Shown: in pieces, positions 7,499 through 15,928 of the stretch
Layout: each line of letters starts with the position of its first letter
Position numbering within the stretch: position 1 is the stretch's first letter
Assembly (NCBI GenBank): GCA_036985855.1
Contig: BTQL01000005.1
Span: 10,136 to 74,135, forward strand
Direction of reading: 5' to 3'
Source of the DNA: Acidimicrobiia bacterium
Lineage (GTDB): Bacteria; Actinomycetota; Acidimicrobiia; Spongiisociales; UBA5794
DNA: 64,000 nucleotides
Translations under genes and position numbers: made by a program
The notes under the pieces: generated by a model
Told to the model about the DNA's origin: nothing
Databases searched by the model: none
What the model saw: the letters and a program-made list of their open reading frames with translations, nothing else

Positions 7499-9730
7499 CT
7501 AACCGAGAACTGATTCCAACTCGTCCTCGCTGATGAGAACCGATCTGGCCTTGGAACCTTCCGACGGCCCGACGATGCCCTTTGCCTCGAGGATGTCTAT
7601 GACGCGTCCTGCGCGAGCGAAGCCGATGCGGAGCTTCCGCTGGAGCATCGAGGTGGAACCGAGCTGTGACCGCACGATGAGCTCGATCGCCTGGCGCATG
7701 ATCTCTGGGTCCTCGCCATCGAACTCCTGCACGTCTGCTGCCTTCCGCTGCGCCTGCTCGAACACCTCTTTGTCCCTGTACTGGGCATCGCGCTGTTCCT
7801 TGACCCAGGCAACGGTCGCATGGATCTCGGTCTCAGACACGAATGAACCCTGAATGCGTTCGGGTTTAGGATCGCGCGCCGTCACGACGAGCATGTCTCC
7901 CAAGCCGACGAGCTTGTCCGCGCCGGCCTGATCGATGATCACGCGACTATCGGTTTGGGAAGCTACGGAGAACGCAAGCCTCGACGGCACGTTGGCCTTG
8001 ATGACCCCTGTGATGACGTTCACCGAGGGCCGTTGTGTCGCGAGGACGAGGTGGATGCCTACAGCACGGGCCATCTGGGCGATGCGTACGATCGAGTCTT
8101 CTACGATTCGGCCGGCAACCATCATCAGATCGTTCAGCTCGTCAACCACCAGAACGATGTAGGGGAACCGGTCGAACAGCTCTTCGTCGAGACCACCAGC
8201 GTCATAGGTCTCGCGGTACGAGTCGATGTCTCGTACCCCGGCATCGGCCAGCAGGTCATATCTGCGGTCCATCTCAGCAACTGCCCACTGGAGGGCATCC
8301 GCGGCCTTCTTGGGGTTCGCTATGACCCGAGTCAACAGATGCGGGGCGTCGTTGTACTGGCCGAGCTCGACACGTTTCGGGTCTACGAGGATGAGCCTGA
8401 CCTCGTCTGGCGTTGCTCGCATGAGAATCGACGTGAGCAGCGCGTTGACCATGGAAGACTTGCCTGCACCGGTCGCGCCGGCGATCAACAGATGCGGGAG
8501 CTCGGTGAGCCGCAACATGCGCGGCGTGCCTGAGACGTCCATGCCGAGGCTGACGAGCATCGGATCGCGATCGGTCTTCGCAACGTCCGACGTCAGGATG
8601 TCACCGAGCGTCACCAGTTGGCGCTTGCGGTTCGGCACCTCAACCCCGATCGCCGACTTCCCCGGTATCGGCGCGAGGATGCGTACGTCGGCCGCTGCAA
8701 GGGCATACGCGATGTCGTGCGTGAGGTTCGTGACCTTGTTGACCTTGACACCAGGGGCAAGTTCGATCTCGTATCGCGTCACCGTCGGACCGGGAACGAT
8801 GCGTACGAGGCTCGCGTCCACGCCGTGCTGTCTAAGCGTCTCCTCGAGCGCCTCACCTGTTTCCGTGAGCCCACGTCCATCGTGGCCCTCGTGATTGGAC
8901 AACTTGAGAATCTCGATCGGTGGAAGCTGATAACCGTCGGTCTTGACCGGCTTCGGCATCTTCGGCGTCACAGGATTCGAGGTCGCGGGAACCGTCTCTG
9001 CTTTCTTCGCCTTCTTGCTCGCTACAACCTCTTTCACCGGTGCAGCCATTCCGGGATTGGGAGCGACGGCGACGGCCTCGACACGCTGCTCACGCGCCAT
9101 GCCGAACCACTTCCATAGACCGGAGAAATAGGACCCGACCGAACGAAGGACGTCACCGAGGGATGCGCGCGTGATCAAGAGGGCTCCTACGCCGATGAAT
9201 GCGACAAGCACGACGAAGGAACCCCAGTAGCCGACGACGCGTTCGAGTGGATAGGCGATCAAAGACCCTATGACGCCTCCCGAATCTTCGACCGACTGCT
9301 CGGTACCGGCGATCGGGAGATTGCCCGTGAGCAGATGGAAGAGCGAGAGTGATCCCAGAAACAACACGATGGTGCCCACGATCGTTTTCGGATTCTCCCT
9401 TCCCCCGACCACGCCGATGAGGGAGAGGCCCGCAATGGCGAGAGCGAGAGGCACGATGAACGCCCAAACACCGAACAGCAACCGAGCGACGGCTGATGAA
9501 GTCGTTCCGAAGGGTCCCGCCAGGCCAAAGAATGAGAGAAAAACAAGAGCGCCGAAGGCCACGAGCAGAATGCCCCACACGTCTGCTTTGTGATCGCCGA
9601 GGTTCTCACCGATCTTTCGTGGGACGGCCCCCAGCGCGGACGCTGTCCTCGAAACGAGTGACGGTCTCTTCGGTTTTCTCTTCGCGGTACTCCGCCCCGT
9701 GGCCCTACCCGCAGTAGTGCGTGTAGCCAT
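7499..9730 (-). CDS. ftsK: DNA translocase FtsK/SpoIIIE
   Basis: N-terminal transmembrane helices, a linker, a motor domain with Walker A GATGAGKS, and a C-terminal gamma (winged-helix) domain. The start is set at MATRTTAGR (9730) because the alternative at 9775 abuts the rnj terminator hairpin. Confidence 0.9.
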   Translation of the reverse strand: MATRTTAGRATGRSTAKRKPKRPSLVSRTASALGAVPRKIGENLGDHKADVWGILLVAFGALVFLSFFGLAGPFGTTSSAVARLLFGVWAFIVPLALAIAGLSLIGVVGGRENPKTIVGTIVLFLGSLSLFHLLTGNLPIAGTEQSVEDSGGVIGSLIAYPLERVVGYWGSFVVLVAFIGVGALLITRASLGDVLRSVGSYFSGLWKWFGMAREQRVEAVAVAPNPGMAAPVKEVVASKKAKKAETVPATSNPVTPKMPKPVKTDGYQLPPIEILKLSNHEGHDGRGLTETGEALEETLRQHGVDASLVRIVPGPTVTRYEIELAPGVKVNKVTNLTHDIAYALAAADVRILAPIPGKSAIGVEVPNRKRQLVTLGDILTSDVAKTDRDPMLVSLGMDVSGTPRMLRLTELPHLLIAGATGAGKSSMVNALLTSILMRATPDEVRLILVDPKRVELGQYNDAPHLLTRVIANPKKAADALQWAVAEMDRRYDLLADAGVRDIDSYRETYDAGGLDEELFDRFPYIVLVVDELNDLMMVAGRIVEDSIVRIAQMARAVGIHLVLATQRPSVNVITGVIKANVPSRLAFSVASQTDSRVIIDQAGADKLVGLGDMLVVTARDPKPERIQGSFVSETEIHATVAWVKEQRDAQYRDKEVFEQAQRKAADVQEFDGEDPEIMRQAIELIVRSQLGSTSMLQRKLRIGFARAGRVIDILEAKGIVGPSEGSKARSVLISEDELESVLG

Positions 9731-9775
9731 GGGATAGCAACTGTACCCCAAGTTCGTCACAGAACAAACCACCAT

Positions 9776-9795
9776 CCGCGCGATTTCTCGCGCGG
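9776..9795 (-). terminator. Intrinsic terminator candidate after rnj (CCGCGCGA-GAAA-UCGCGCGG followed by a U-rich run)
   Basis: Perfect 8-bp GC stem with a 4-nt loop, 82 nt downstream of the rnj stop. It is followed on the minus strand by AUGGUGGUUUGUUCUGUG. Confidence 0.6.
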
Positions 9796-9876
9796 AGAGT
9801 TACAACGGTGTGATTCTCACCGTTCTGGTGTCCGTCGCGGCAATAGGGTGCCGTGAGGGACGCCAGAACCGGAAGG

Positions 9877-11505
9877 CTAGATCTCGATGACCACCGGGAG
9901 TACAACGGGACGGCGTCTGGCCGACTTCTTCACGGCTCTAGTCGCTGAGTTCCGTACGCGTGTCCGGAGAACGTCGGGATCGATGGGGCGCTCGAGCGAC
10001 GCGATCGATTGCACTACTCGTTCTTTGATGATGTTGTGGAGGTCGCCTTCATCCGTCGTGACACCATGGGAGTCGACGTCTGGTCCGATGAGAATCTCTC
10101 CGGTTGAGAAGTTGACACCGATCGTGACGATAAGCACTCCGTCGTCGGCGAGATGTCTTCGGTCACGGATGACACTGTCCGCTCCCCCAACGTCGGTGCC
10201 GTCCACATACACGTAACCGGCAGGAATCGCACCGCGGTCTATGCGCATCTCGCCATTCTCGAGCACCACGACGTCTCCGTCCTCGCAGATCTCGACCTCC
10301 GGGATGTTCATCGACCTACCGATCGTGGCGTTGGCAACCATGTGGCGGTACTCCCCGTGTACGGGCACAAGGGCATCCGGGCGAACTGCGTTGTAGAAGG
10401 TCTTCAGCTCCTCGGCAGCGGCGTGTCCGGACACATGCACATGCGTGTTGCGTCCATGGAATACGGCAACTCCCGCGCGATAGAGATTGTTGATGACTCT
10501 CGACACCCTGGTTTCATTTCCGGGAATCGGAGTCGCCGAGATGATGACCGTGTCGTCTTCGCCGAGGGAGACGGACCGGTGCTCTCCTGCGGCCATGAGA
10601 GAGAGCGCCGCAAAAGGCTCACCCTGGCTTCCGGTGGAGATGATCGCCGTATCGGTATCGGGCATGTCGACAAGATCCGCAAGGTCCACGAGAGATCCAT
10701 CAGGGATCACGAGCACGCCGAGATCCGCCGCGATCTCCGAGTTGCGCAGCATCGACCTTCCGATGAACGCGAACTTGCGACCATCGCGCACAATCGCATC
10801 GATGGCCTGCTGCACTCGATGGACGTGACTTGCGAAACACGCAAGGATCACGCGACCATACGCATGTGAGACGATCTCGTCGAGTCGCTCTCCGACGGTC
10901 ACTTCCGAGGGTACGTACCCCTCGCGTTCTGCATTCGTCGAGTCGGCAAGGAGAAGCCGTACTCCCTGTTTCCCGATCGTTGCGAATGAACGCAGGTCTG
11001 TTGGCACGCCGTCGATCGGCGTCGGATCGAGCTTGAAATCGCCGCTGTGCAGGACGACTCCCTCAGGAGTATCGAACGCGATTCCTGCGGCATCGGGAAT
11101 CGAATGGGAGACGGGAACGTATGTGAAACGAAACGGACCGTGATCGACCCACTCGTAGTGTTCGATCGGGCGAAGGTCGGGCGTGATCCCGTGCTCCTCT
11201 ATACGGGCACGTGCGAACTCCACGGTGAGTCGCGTCCCGTAGATGGGAACGCTGACCTCTTTGAGCAGATACACAAGCGCCCCGATGTGATCCTCATGTC
11301 CGTGGGTGAGGATCACGCAGTCGAGGTCATCACGGCGATCCAACACCGATGAGAAGTCCGGGAGAACCAGGTCGACGCCGAGCATGTCTTCTTCGGGAAA
11401 CATGAGGCCACAATCGATCAACGCGAGACGCCCGTCGATCTCGACCGAGGCACAGTTCCTTCCAACCTCCCCGAGACCTCCGAGAAACCCGATCCTGACA
11501 CTCAC
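9877..11505 (-). CDS. rnj: Ribonuclease J (metallo-beta-lactamase/beta-CASP)
   Basis: 542 aa with LGGLGEVGRNC near the N-terminus, the HGHEDHIG zinc motif and beta-CASP organisation. Confidence 0.9.
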   Translation of the reverse strand: MSVRIGFLGGLGEVGRNCASVEIDGRLALIDCGLMFPEEDMLGVDLVLPDFSSVLDRRDDLDCVILTHGHEDHIGALVYLLKEVSVPIYGTRLTVEFARARIEEHGITPDLRPIEHYEWVDHGPFRFTYVPVSHSIPDAAGIAFDTPEGVVLHSGDFKLDPTPIDGVPTDLRSFATIGKQGVRLLLADSTNAEREGYVPSEVTVGERLDEIVSHAYGRVILACFASHVHRVQQAIDAIVRDGRKFAFIGRSMLRNSEIAADLGVLVIPDGSLVDLADLVDMPDTDTAIISTGSQGEPFAALSLMAAGEHRSVSLGEDDTVIISATPIPGNETRVSRVINNLYRAGVAVFHGRNTHVHVSGHAAAEELKTFYNAVRPDALVPVHGEYRHMVANATIGRSMNIPEVEICEDGDVVVLENGEMRIDRGAIPAGYVYVDGTDVGGADSVIRDRRHLADDGVLIVTIGVNFSTGEILIGPDVDSHGVTTDEGDLHNIIKERVVQSIASLERPIDPDVLRTRVRNSATRAVKKSARRRPVVLPVVIEI

Positions 11506-12407
11506 AATGACCTGTATTCATTGATCGCGTCGAGGGCCCTTCCGACAGCCTCGACCGTCTCCTCGCTCGCAGGCATCAGCGGCAGCCGAGGCACTCCGAC
11601 GAAGTCCCAATACGCGGTGAGAGCTCCCTTGAGGGGCATCGGGCTCGGTTCCGCAAAGAGCGCGTGGTTCAGCGGCATGATGAGATCATGGAGCTGTTCT
11701 GCTTTGTGGTCATCTCCCTCGATCACGGCATCGACCATAGCTGAGATCTCGCGCCCCGCAAGATGGGAAGAAACCGATACAACCCCAACGGCACCAGCAG
11801 CAACGAGTTCTTTCGTCATCTGGTCCGATCCGGAATAGACGGCGATACCTTCGGGCAGCGCCTCTATCGCCCGTCTTGACCAATCGAGGTCATCCACCGC
11901 ATCCTTGACGGCGACCACATTCGGGTGCTCGCACACCTCGACGAGGGTGTCGATCTCTATCAAGGTCGCGGTCCTGGATGGAATGTTGTAGATCATGACG
12001 GGGAGGTCGGTCGCGTCTGCGATGGCATGCATGTGAGCGACGATTCCATGCTGAGGTGGTCGCGAGTAGTACGGCGTCACAGCCATGACGCCGTCGACAC
12101 CGGAATCGGCAGCAGAGACTGCGAACTCGATGGATTCAGCCGTGTCGTTGTTCGTTCCGCCTGCAACGACCTTCATCTTGCCGGCGGCCGCGTCGACGGC
12201 TGCTGCGAAGAGCGCCATCTTCTCCGGCTTCGAGAGTGTCGGGGATTCCCCTGTGGTACCCGAAACGACGATTGCCTCTGTGGCATTGTCTTTCAGATGA
12301 CGGATCAGGCGCCAGAACGCGCCGTAGTCAATCGGGCCTTCAGCAGTGAAGGGAGTGATGACGGCGGTGGCAACCCGACCGAACGGTGCTTCTGGTCGAT
12401 GTTCCAT
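11502..12407 (-). CDS. dapA: 4-hydroxy-tetrahydrodipicolinate synthase
   Basis: 301 aa with a GTTGE motif and the DapA-fold pattern. A 4-nt overlap with rnj suggests an operon. Confidence 0.9.
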   Translation of the reverse strand: MEHRPEAPFGRVATAVITPFTAEGPIDYGAFWRLIRHLKDNATEAIVVSGTTGESPTLSKPEKMALFAAAVDAAAGKMKVVAGGTNNDTAESIEFAVSAADSGVDGVMAVTPYYSRPPQHGIVAHMHAIADATDLPVMIYNIPSRTATLIEIDTLVEVCEHPNVVAVKDAVDDLDWSRRAIEALPEGIAVYSGSDQMTKELVAAGAVGVVSVSSHLAGREISAMVDAVIEGDDHKAEQLHDLIMPLNHALFAEPSPMPLKGALTAYWDFVGVPRLPLMPASEETVEAVGRALDAINEYRSL

Positions 12408-12449
12408 GCCTCGGAAGTTACCACGACATCCCGAAGTATCCTTTCATCC

Positions 12450-13295
12450 ATGAACAACGCCAGCCAATACGTCAAGGACGTCACGACTGCGGACTTTCAA
12501 CAGGAAGTTCTGCTGCGCTCGAGAGAAGTGCCCGTCCTCATCGACTTCTGGGCAGAGTGGTGCGAACCATGCAAGGCCCTCTCGCCTCTTCTCGAGCGGT
12601 TGACGGACGAAGCGCAAGGTGCTTTCGAACTCGCAAAGATCGATGTCGACGCCAACCAGGAGCTCTCAGGCCAATTCATGATCCAGTCGATACCCACGGT
12701 CGTTGCGATCAAGAACGGCAAGGAAGTCGATCGATTCACGGGCGCCCTGCCTGAGGAATCCATCAAAGCTTTCATCGAAGGACTCATGCCTACTGAACTC
12801 GACCTGATGGTTGACCAGGCACGCACATCCCTCATCTCCGGTGACACGACGGGCGCAGAGCACATGTTTCGCCAGGTCCTCGAGCAGCGTCCCGACCACC
12901 AGGACGCCGGAACGAGCCTCGCTGCCCTCCTCATCGATCGAAGGGATATCGAAGAAGCTCTCATCGTCCTTGGCAAACTCATCCCCGATGCCGACGTGGA
13001 GAGGCTCCAGGCAGCCGCTCGCCTCCGGCAGTCGGGTGGAGACGACATCTCGGATCTCGAGACGGCAGCGTCCGAACATCCCGATGACGACGATGCTCAA
13101 CTCGCCCTGGCAAGAGCGCTCGCTGCACAATCCGAATTCGAGCCGGCTCTGGACAAGCTGCTCGCCGTCGTGCAACGGAAGGGTGAAGGCAGGGAGGATG
13201 CTCGACAGGCAATGGTCGACATCTTCGAAGTCCTCGGCACCGAACATCCGCTCACCGCGATGTATCGGCGGCAGCTCGCGTCGGCGCTCTATTGA
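12450..13295 (+). CDS. Thioredoxin-domain protein with TPR-like C-terminal domain (YbbN/CnoX-like)
   Basis: Start taken at MNNASQYVKD; the upstream 175 codons of track ORF 11925.. are antisense to dapA. The thioredoxin fold has a WCEPC active site, followed by a helical repeat C-terminus. Confidence 0.75.
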   Translation: MNNASQYVKDVTTADFQQEVLLRSREVPVLIDFWAEWCEPCKALSPLLERLTDEAQGAFELAKIDVDANQELSGQFMIQSIPTVVAIKNGKEVDRFTGALPEESIKAFIEGLMPTELDLMVDQARTSLISGDTTGAEHMFRQVLEQRPDHQDAGTSLAALLIDRRDIEEALIVLGKLIPDADVERLQAAARLRQSGGDDISDLETAASEHPDDDDAQLALARALAAQSEFEPALDKLLAVVQRKGEGREDARQAMVDIFEVLGTEHPLTAMYRRQLASALY

Positions 13296-13343
13296 TCACT
13301 GAGGGGGCGAGACGGCGAATCGGTCGCCCTCGCTAGTGTGGCA

Positions 13344-14102
13344 CTAGATTCCCAGGAGTGTCTCCAACCCCACGGCGAGGGGCTCCTTCTGAGCCGGAAT
13401 CGAACGGACTGCCAGTAGGACACCCGGCATGAACGCGGAGCGGTCGGACGTATCGTGGGTGATGGACAGCCGCTCTCCTTCACCGCCGAACATAACCGTT
13501 TGGTGCGCGACGGCTCCGGGCAAGCGAACGGAGTGCACCCTGACGTTGTCGATATCGGCACCGAGTGCACCGTCATGGAGCTCCTCTGAAGCTACCTGCC
13601 TCATCTGGTGTGGGGAAACGGCCGCGATCCGTTGAGCTGTAGCGATCGCAGTACCCGATGGTGCATCGGCTTTCTCGTCGTGATGCATCTCGACAACCTC
13701 TGCCACAGGAAAATGCGGTGCGGCCATCTCTGCCATCGTCATCATGAGAACCGCACCGATCGAGAAATTCGGCACTATGAGACAGTTCCCTGGGCCGTTC
13801 GCCCAGAGTTCGTCGAGCTCACCAAGGCGCTGCGTATCGAAACCGGATGAACCCACCACGACGTTGGCTCCGAACGACCGCCACACCGCGAGATTCCCCA
13901 TCACAACTTCCGGTCTCGAGAATTCGACGACGATGTCACAACCATCGAGTGCGTCACGATCTCGGCTGATCGTCAGGCCCGCAATGCTGCCTTCGGTATG
14001 CGGGTCGTATAGCGCGATGAGGTGCATGTCGTCTGCGGCGTCGATCGTGGCGGCGGTGAGACTCCCCATCCTGCCACCTGCTCCCGACACACCTACTTTC
14101 AT
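13344..14102 (-). CDS. dapB: 4-hydroxy-tetrahydrodipicolinate reductase
   Basis: 252 aa with the N-terminal dinucleotide fold MKVGVSGAGGRMG and a DapB C-terminal domain. Confidence 0.9.
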   Translation of the reverse strand: MKVGVSGAGGRMGSLTAATIDAADDMHLIALYDPHTEGSIAGLTISRDRDALDGCDIVVEFSRPEVVMGNLAVWRSFGANVVVGSSGFDTQRLGELDELWANGPGNCLIVPNFSIGAVLMMTMAEMAAPHFPVAEVVEMHHDEKADAPSGTAIATAQRIAAVSPHQMRQVASEELHDGALGADIDNVRVHSVRLPGAVAHQTVMFGGEGERLSITHDTSDRSAFMPGVLLAVRSIPAQKEPLAVGLETLLGI

Positions 14103-15346
14103 CGGATGTGCTCCTCAAGGTCCTCGCTGCCGAATGGACCGACAGCTCCGATCACGTACGGACCATCGTACGCAGCCATCGCGACCTCGATTACGTCGTC
14201 ATGGGTCACTGCAGAAATGGCCTCGACTATCTGGTCGACCGTGCGATGCTCCTGTCCGACGATCTCGGACCGTCCGATGAGATTCATCCTGCTGTTCGCA
14301 TCCTCGAGGCTGATCGCAAGGGAACCCTTCACGTGACCTTTTGCGCGATCCAATTCGTCCGGCGTCACACCGCTCTCGATCACGAGGGCGAGCTGATCAC
14401 GCACGATCTTGAGCACCTCGTCCGCCTGTCGCGGGGTCGTGCCTACGTACGTAGCAGACGCTCCGGCGTCGGCAAAGGGAAGGCGAAACGTATGAACGGC
14501 ATACGCAAGACCACGCGTCTCGCGAATCTCGTGGAACAGCCTCGATGACATACCCCCACCGAGAATGTGATCAACGAGTGACAGCGCAAACCTGCGTTCG
14601 TCTCCTCTGGTGATCGACTTCGATCCGATGATGAGGTGAGCTTGTTCGGTGTCGCGCCTGGTCACGTGCACCCTGTTCAGCCTCGGCGGTGTCGCTAGGA
14701 GCCGTTCGACAGGATCGCCCTGCCATGATCCGAAGTGCTCGGTGACCAGCTCGACGAGGTTCTCCGGCAGATTTCCCGCAATCGCAACGACGACCGAGTG
14801 CGGTGTGTACCGCCTGCCCCAATACCCGTGGATCGTGTCGCGACTCATCTCCCCGATGGACGCCTTGGTACCGAGGACCGGCGGGGCGAGAGGGTGGTCA
14901 CCCCACATGGCGTTGATGAATTGCTCATGAGCGACGTCCGTCGGATCGTCCTCGTTCATGTTGATCTCTTCAAGGACGACGTTGCGCTCTGAATCGATCT
15001 CGGACTGTCGGAACGATGGACGCTGCAGCATCTCGGCGAGGATCTCGATACCTGTGGTCAGGTCTTCGTCACGGAGCCGCGTCCAGAAGCACGTGTACTC
15101 CTTGGATGTGAAGGCGTTGTGCTGCGCACCGATGCCATCGAGCGTCTCGGCAATACGCCGCGCAGGCCACTGATCCGATCCCTTGAAGAGCAGATGCTCG
15201 AGGAAATGGGACGCGCCGGCCTCTCGGGCTGTCTCGTCCCTGCTTCCAGTATCGACCCAACAACCGATCGCAACCGATCTGGTCGTGGGCATTTGGTGGG
15301 TGATGAGCCGAAGCCCGTTCGGGAGCGTTGTGAGTTCATGTTCCAT
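14099..15346 (-). CDS. M16-family (pitrilysin) zinc peptidase
   Basis: Start taken at MEHELTTLPNGLR. The inverted zinc motif HFLEH is present. The longer track ORF (to 15781) overlaps arfB and is Arg-rich. Confidence 0.85.
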   Translation of the reverse strand: MEHELTTLPNGLRLITHQMPTTRSVAIGCWVDTGSRDETAREAGASHFLEHLLFKGSDQWPARRIAETLDGIGAQHNAFTSKEYTCFWTRLRDEDLTTGIEILAEMLQRPSFRQSEIDSERNVVLEEINMNEDDPTDVAHEQFINAMWGDHPLAPPVLGTKASIGEMSRDTIHGYWGRRYTPHSVVVAIAGNLPENLVELVTEHFGSWQGDPVERLLATPPRLNRVHVTRRDTEQAHLIIGSKSITRGDERRFALSLVDHILGGGMSSRLFHEIRETRGLAYAVHTFRLPFADAGASATYVGTTPRQADEVLKIVRDQLALVIESGVTPDELDRAKGHVKGSLAISLEDANSRMNLIGRSEIVGQEHRTVDQIVEAISAVTHDDVIEVAMAAYDGPYVIGAVGPFGSEDLEEHIR

Positions 15347-15449
15347 CGGCGCTCGATGATAGGAACCACAACGGCTACCGAAATCCGCCTCGCGTGTTCG
15401 GTGGGCCGGAAACGGGCGTCGTGAAATCGGGGAAGACCGGTAACACCAT

Positions 15450-15854
15450 TCAGTCCTCAGCCCCTGGAGTCTTTCGGCGCGCCTTTTCTTGGCCTCGAGC
15501 GCGCTTGCCTTCGAGTCTGCGTCGACGAGCTGCCCTCGATGGTTTCGTTTTACGCCTCTTCGGCGAATCCGGGCGCGCCGCTTCCTCGAGGATGGCGTGG
15601 AGCCGACGAACCGCTTTCTTGCGGTTCGTTGCCTGGGATCGAGAGCCGTCTTCGCTGAGCCGTATCTCGGATCCGAGCTTCTGAACAAGCCGTTTCCGCA
15701 TCGTTTCATCGAATGCCCGCGAACTGCCGATCTCGAACGTGAGCTCAGCACGGGTTGAAGTCTTGTTGGCGTGCTGGCCACCGGGACCGCCCGATGGATC
15801 GAAGCGCCATCGAAGCTCAGAATCCGGAATGTCGAATCGCATCGGCTGCCTCAT
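15450..15854 (-). CDS. arfB: Alternative ribosome-rescue factor ArfB (peptidyl-tRNA hydrolase, GGQ domain + basic tail)
   Basis: 134 aa with the GGQ motif (SGGPGGQHANKT) and a Lys/Arg-rich C-terminal tail. Confidence 0.85.
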   Translation of the reverse strand: MRQPMRFDIPDSELRWRFDPSGGPGGQHANKTSTRAELTFEIGSSRAFDETMRKRLVQKLGSEIRLSEDGSRSQATNRKKAVRRLHAILEEAARPDSPKRRKTKPSRAARRRRLEGKRARGQEKARRKTPGAED

Positions 15855-15904
15855 CGATCTGTGGGCTGTAGACCGGACTCACTCCGGTGTGGAACCCTGG
15901 GTTC
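15855..15904. repeat. Copy B of the ~50-nt repeated intergenic element; contains the perfect palindrome GAACCC-T-GGGTTC
   Basis: See copy A at 1091..1140. It sits in the divergent arfB / vWA-protein intergenic region, directly next to the arfB start codon. Confidence 0.6.
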
Positions 15905-15928
15905 GGGTTCATCGTACAATTGGGGGTT

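Noticed and set aside
14099-15781. N-terminal extensions of track ORFs (also 5616.., 11925.., 31432.., 36656.., 62453..63259, 57364..57957, 47695..48666, 49268..50467)
   Set aside because: The extended parts overlap neighbouring well-supported genes and/or are Arg-rich. Internal starts give products that begin at family-typical N-termini, often with SD sequences or ATGA/GTGA coupling.
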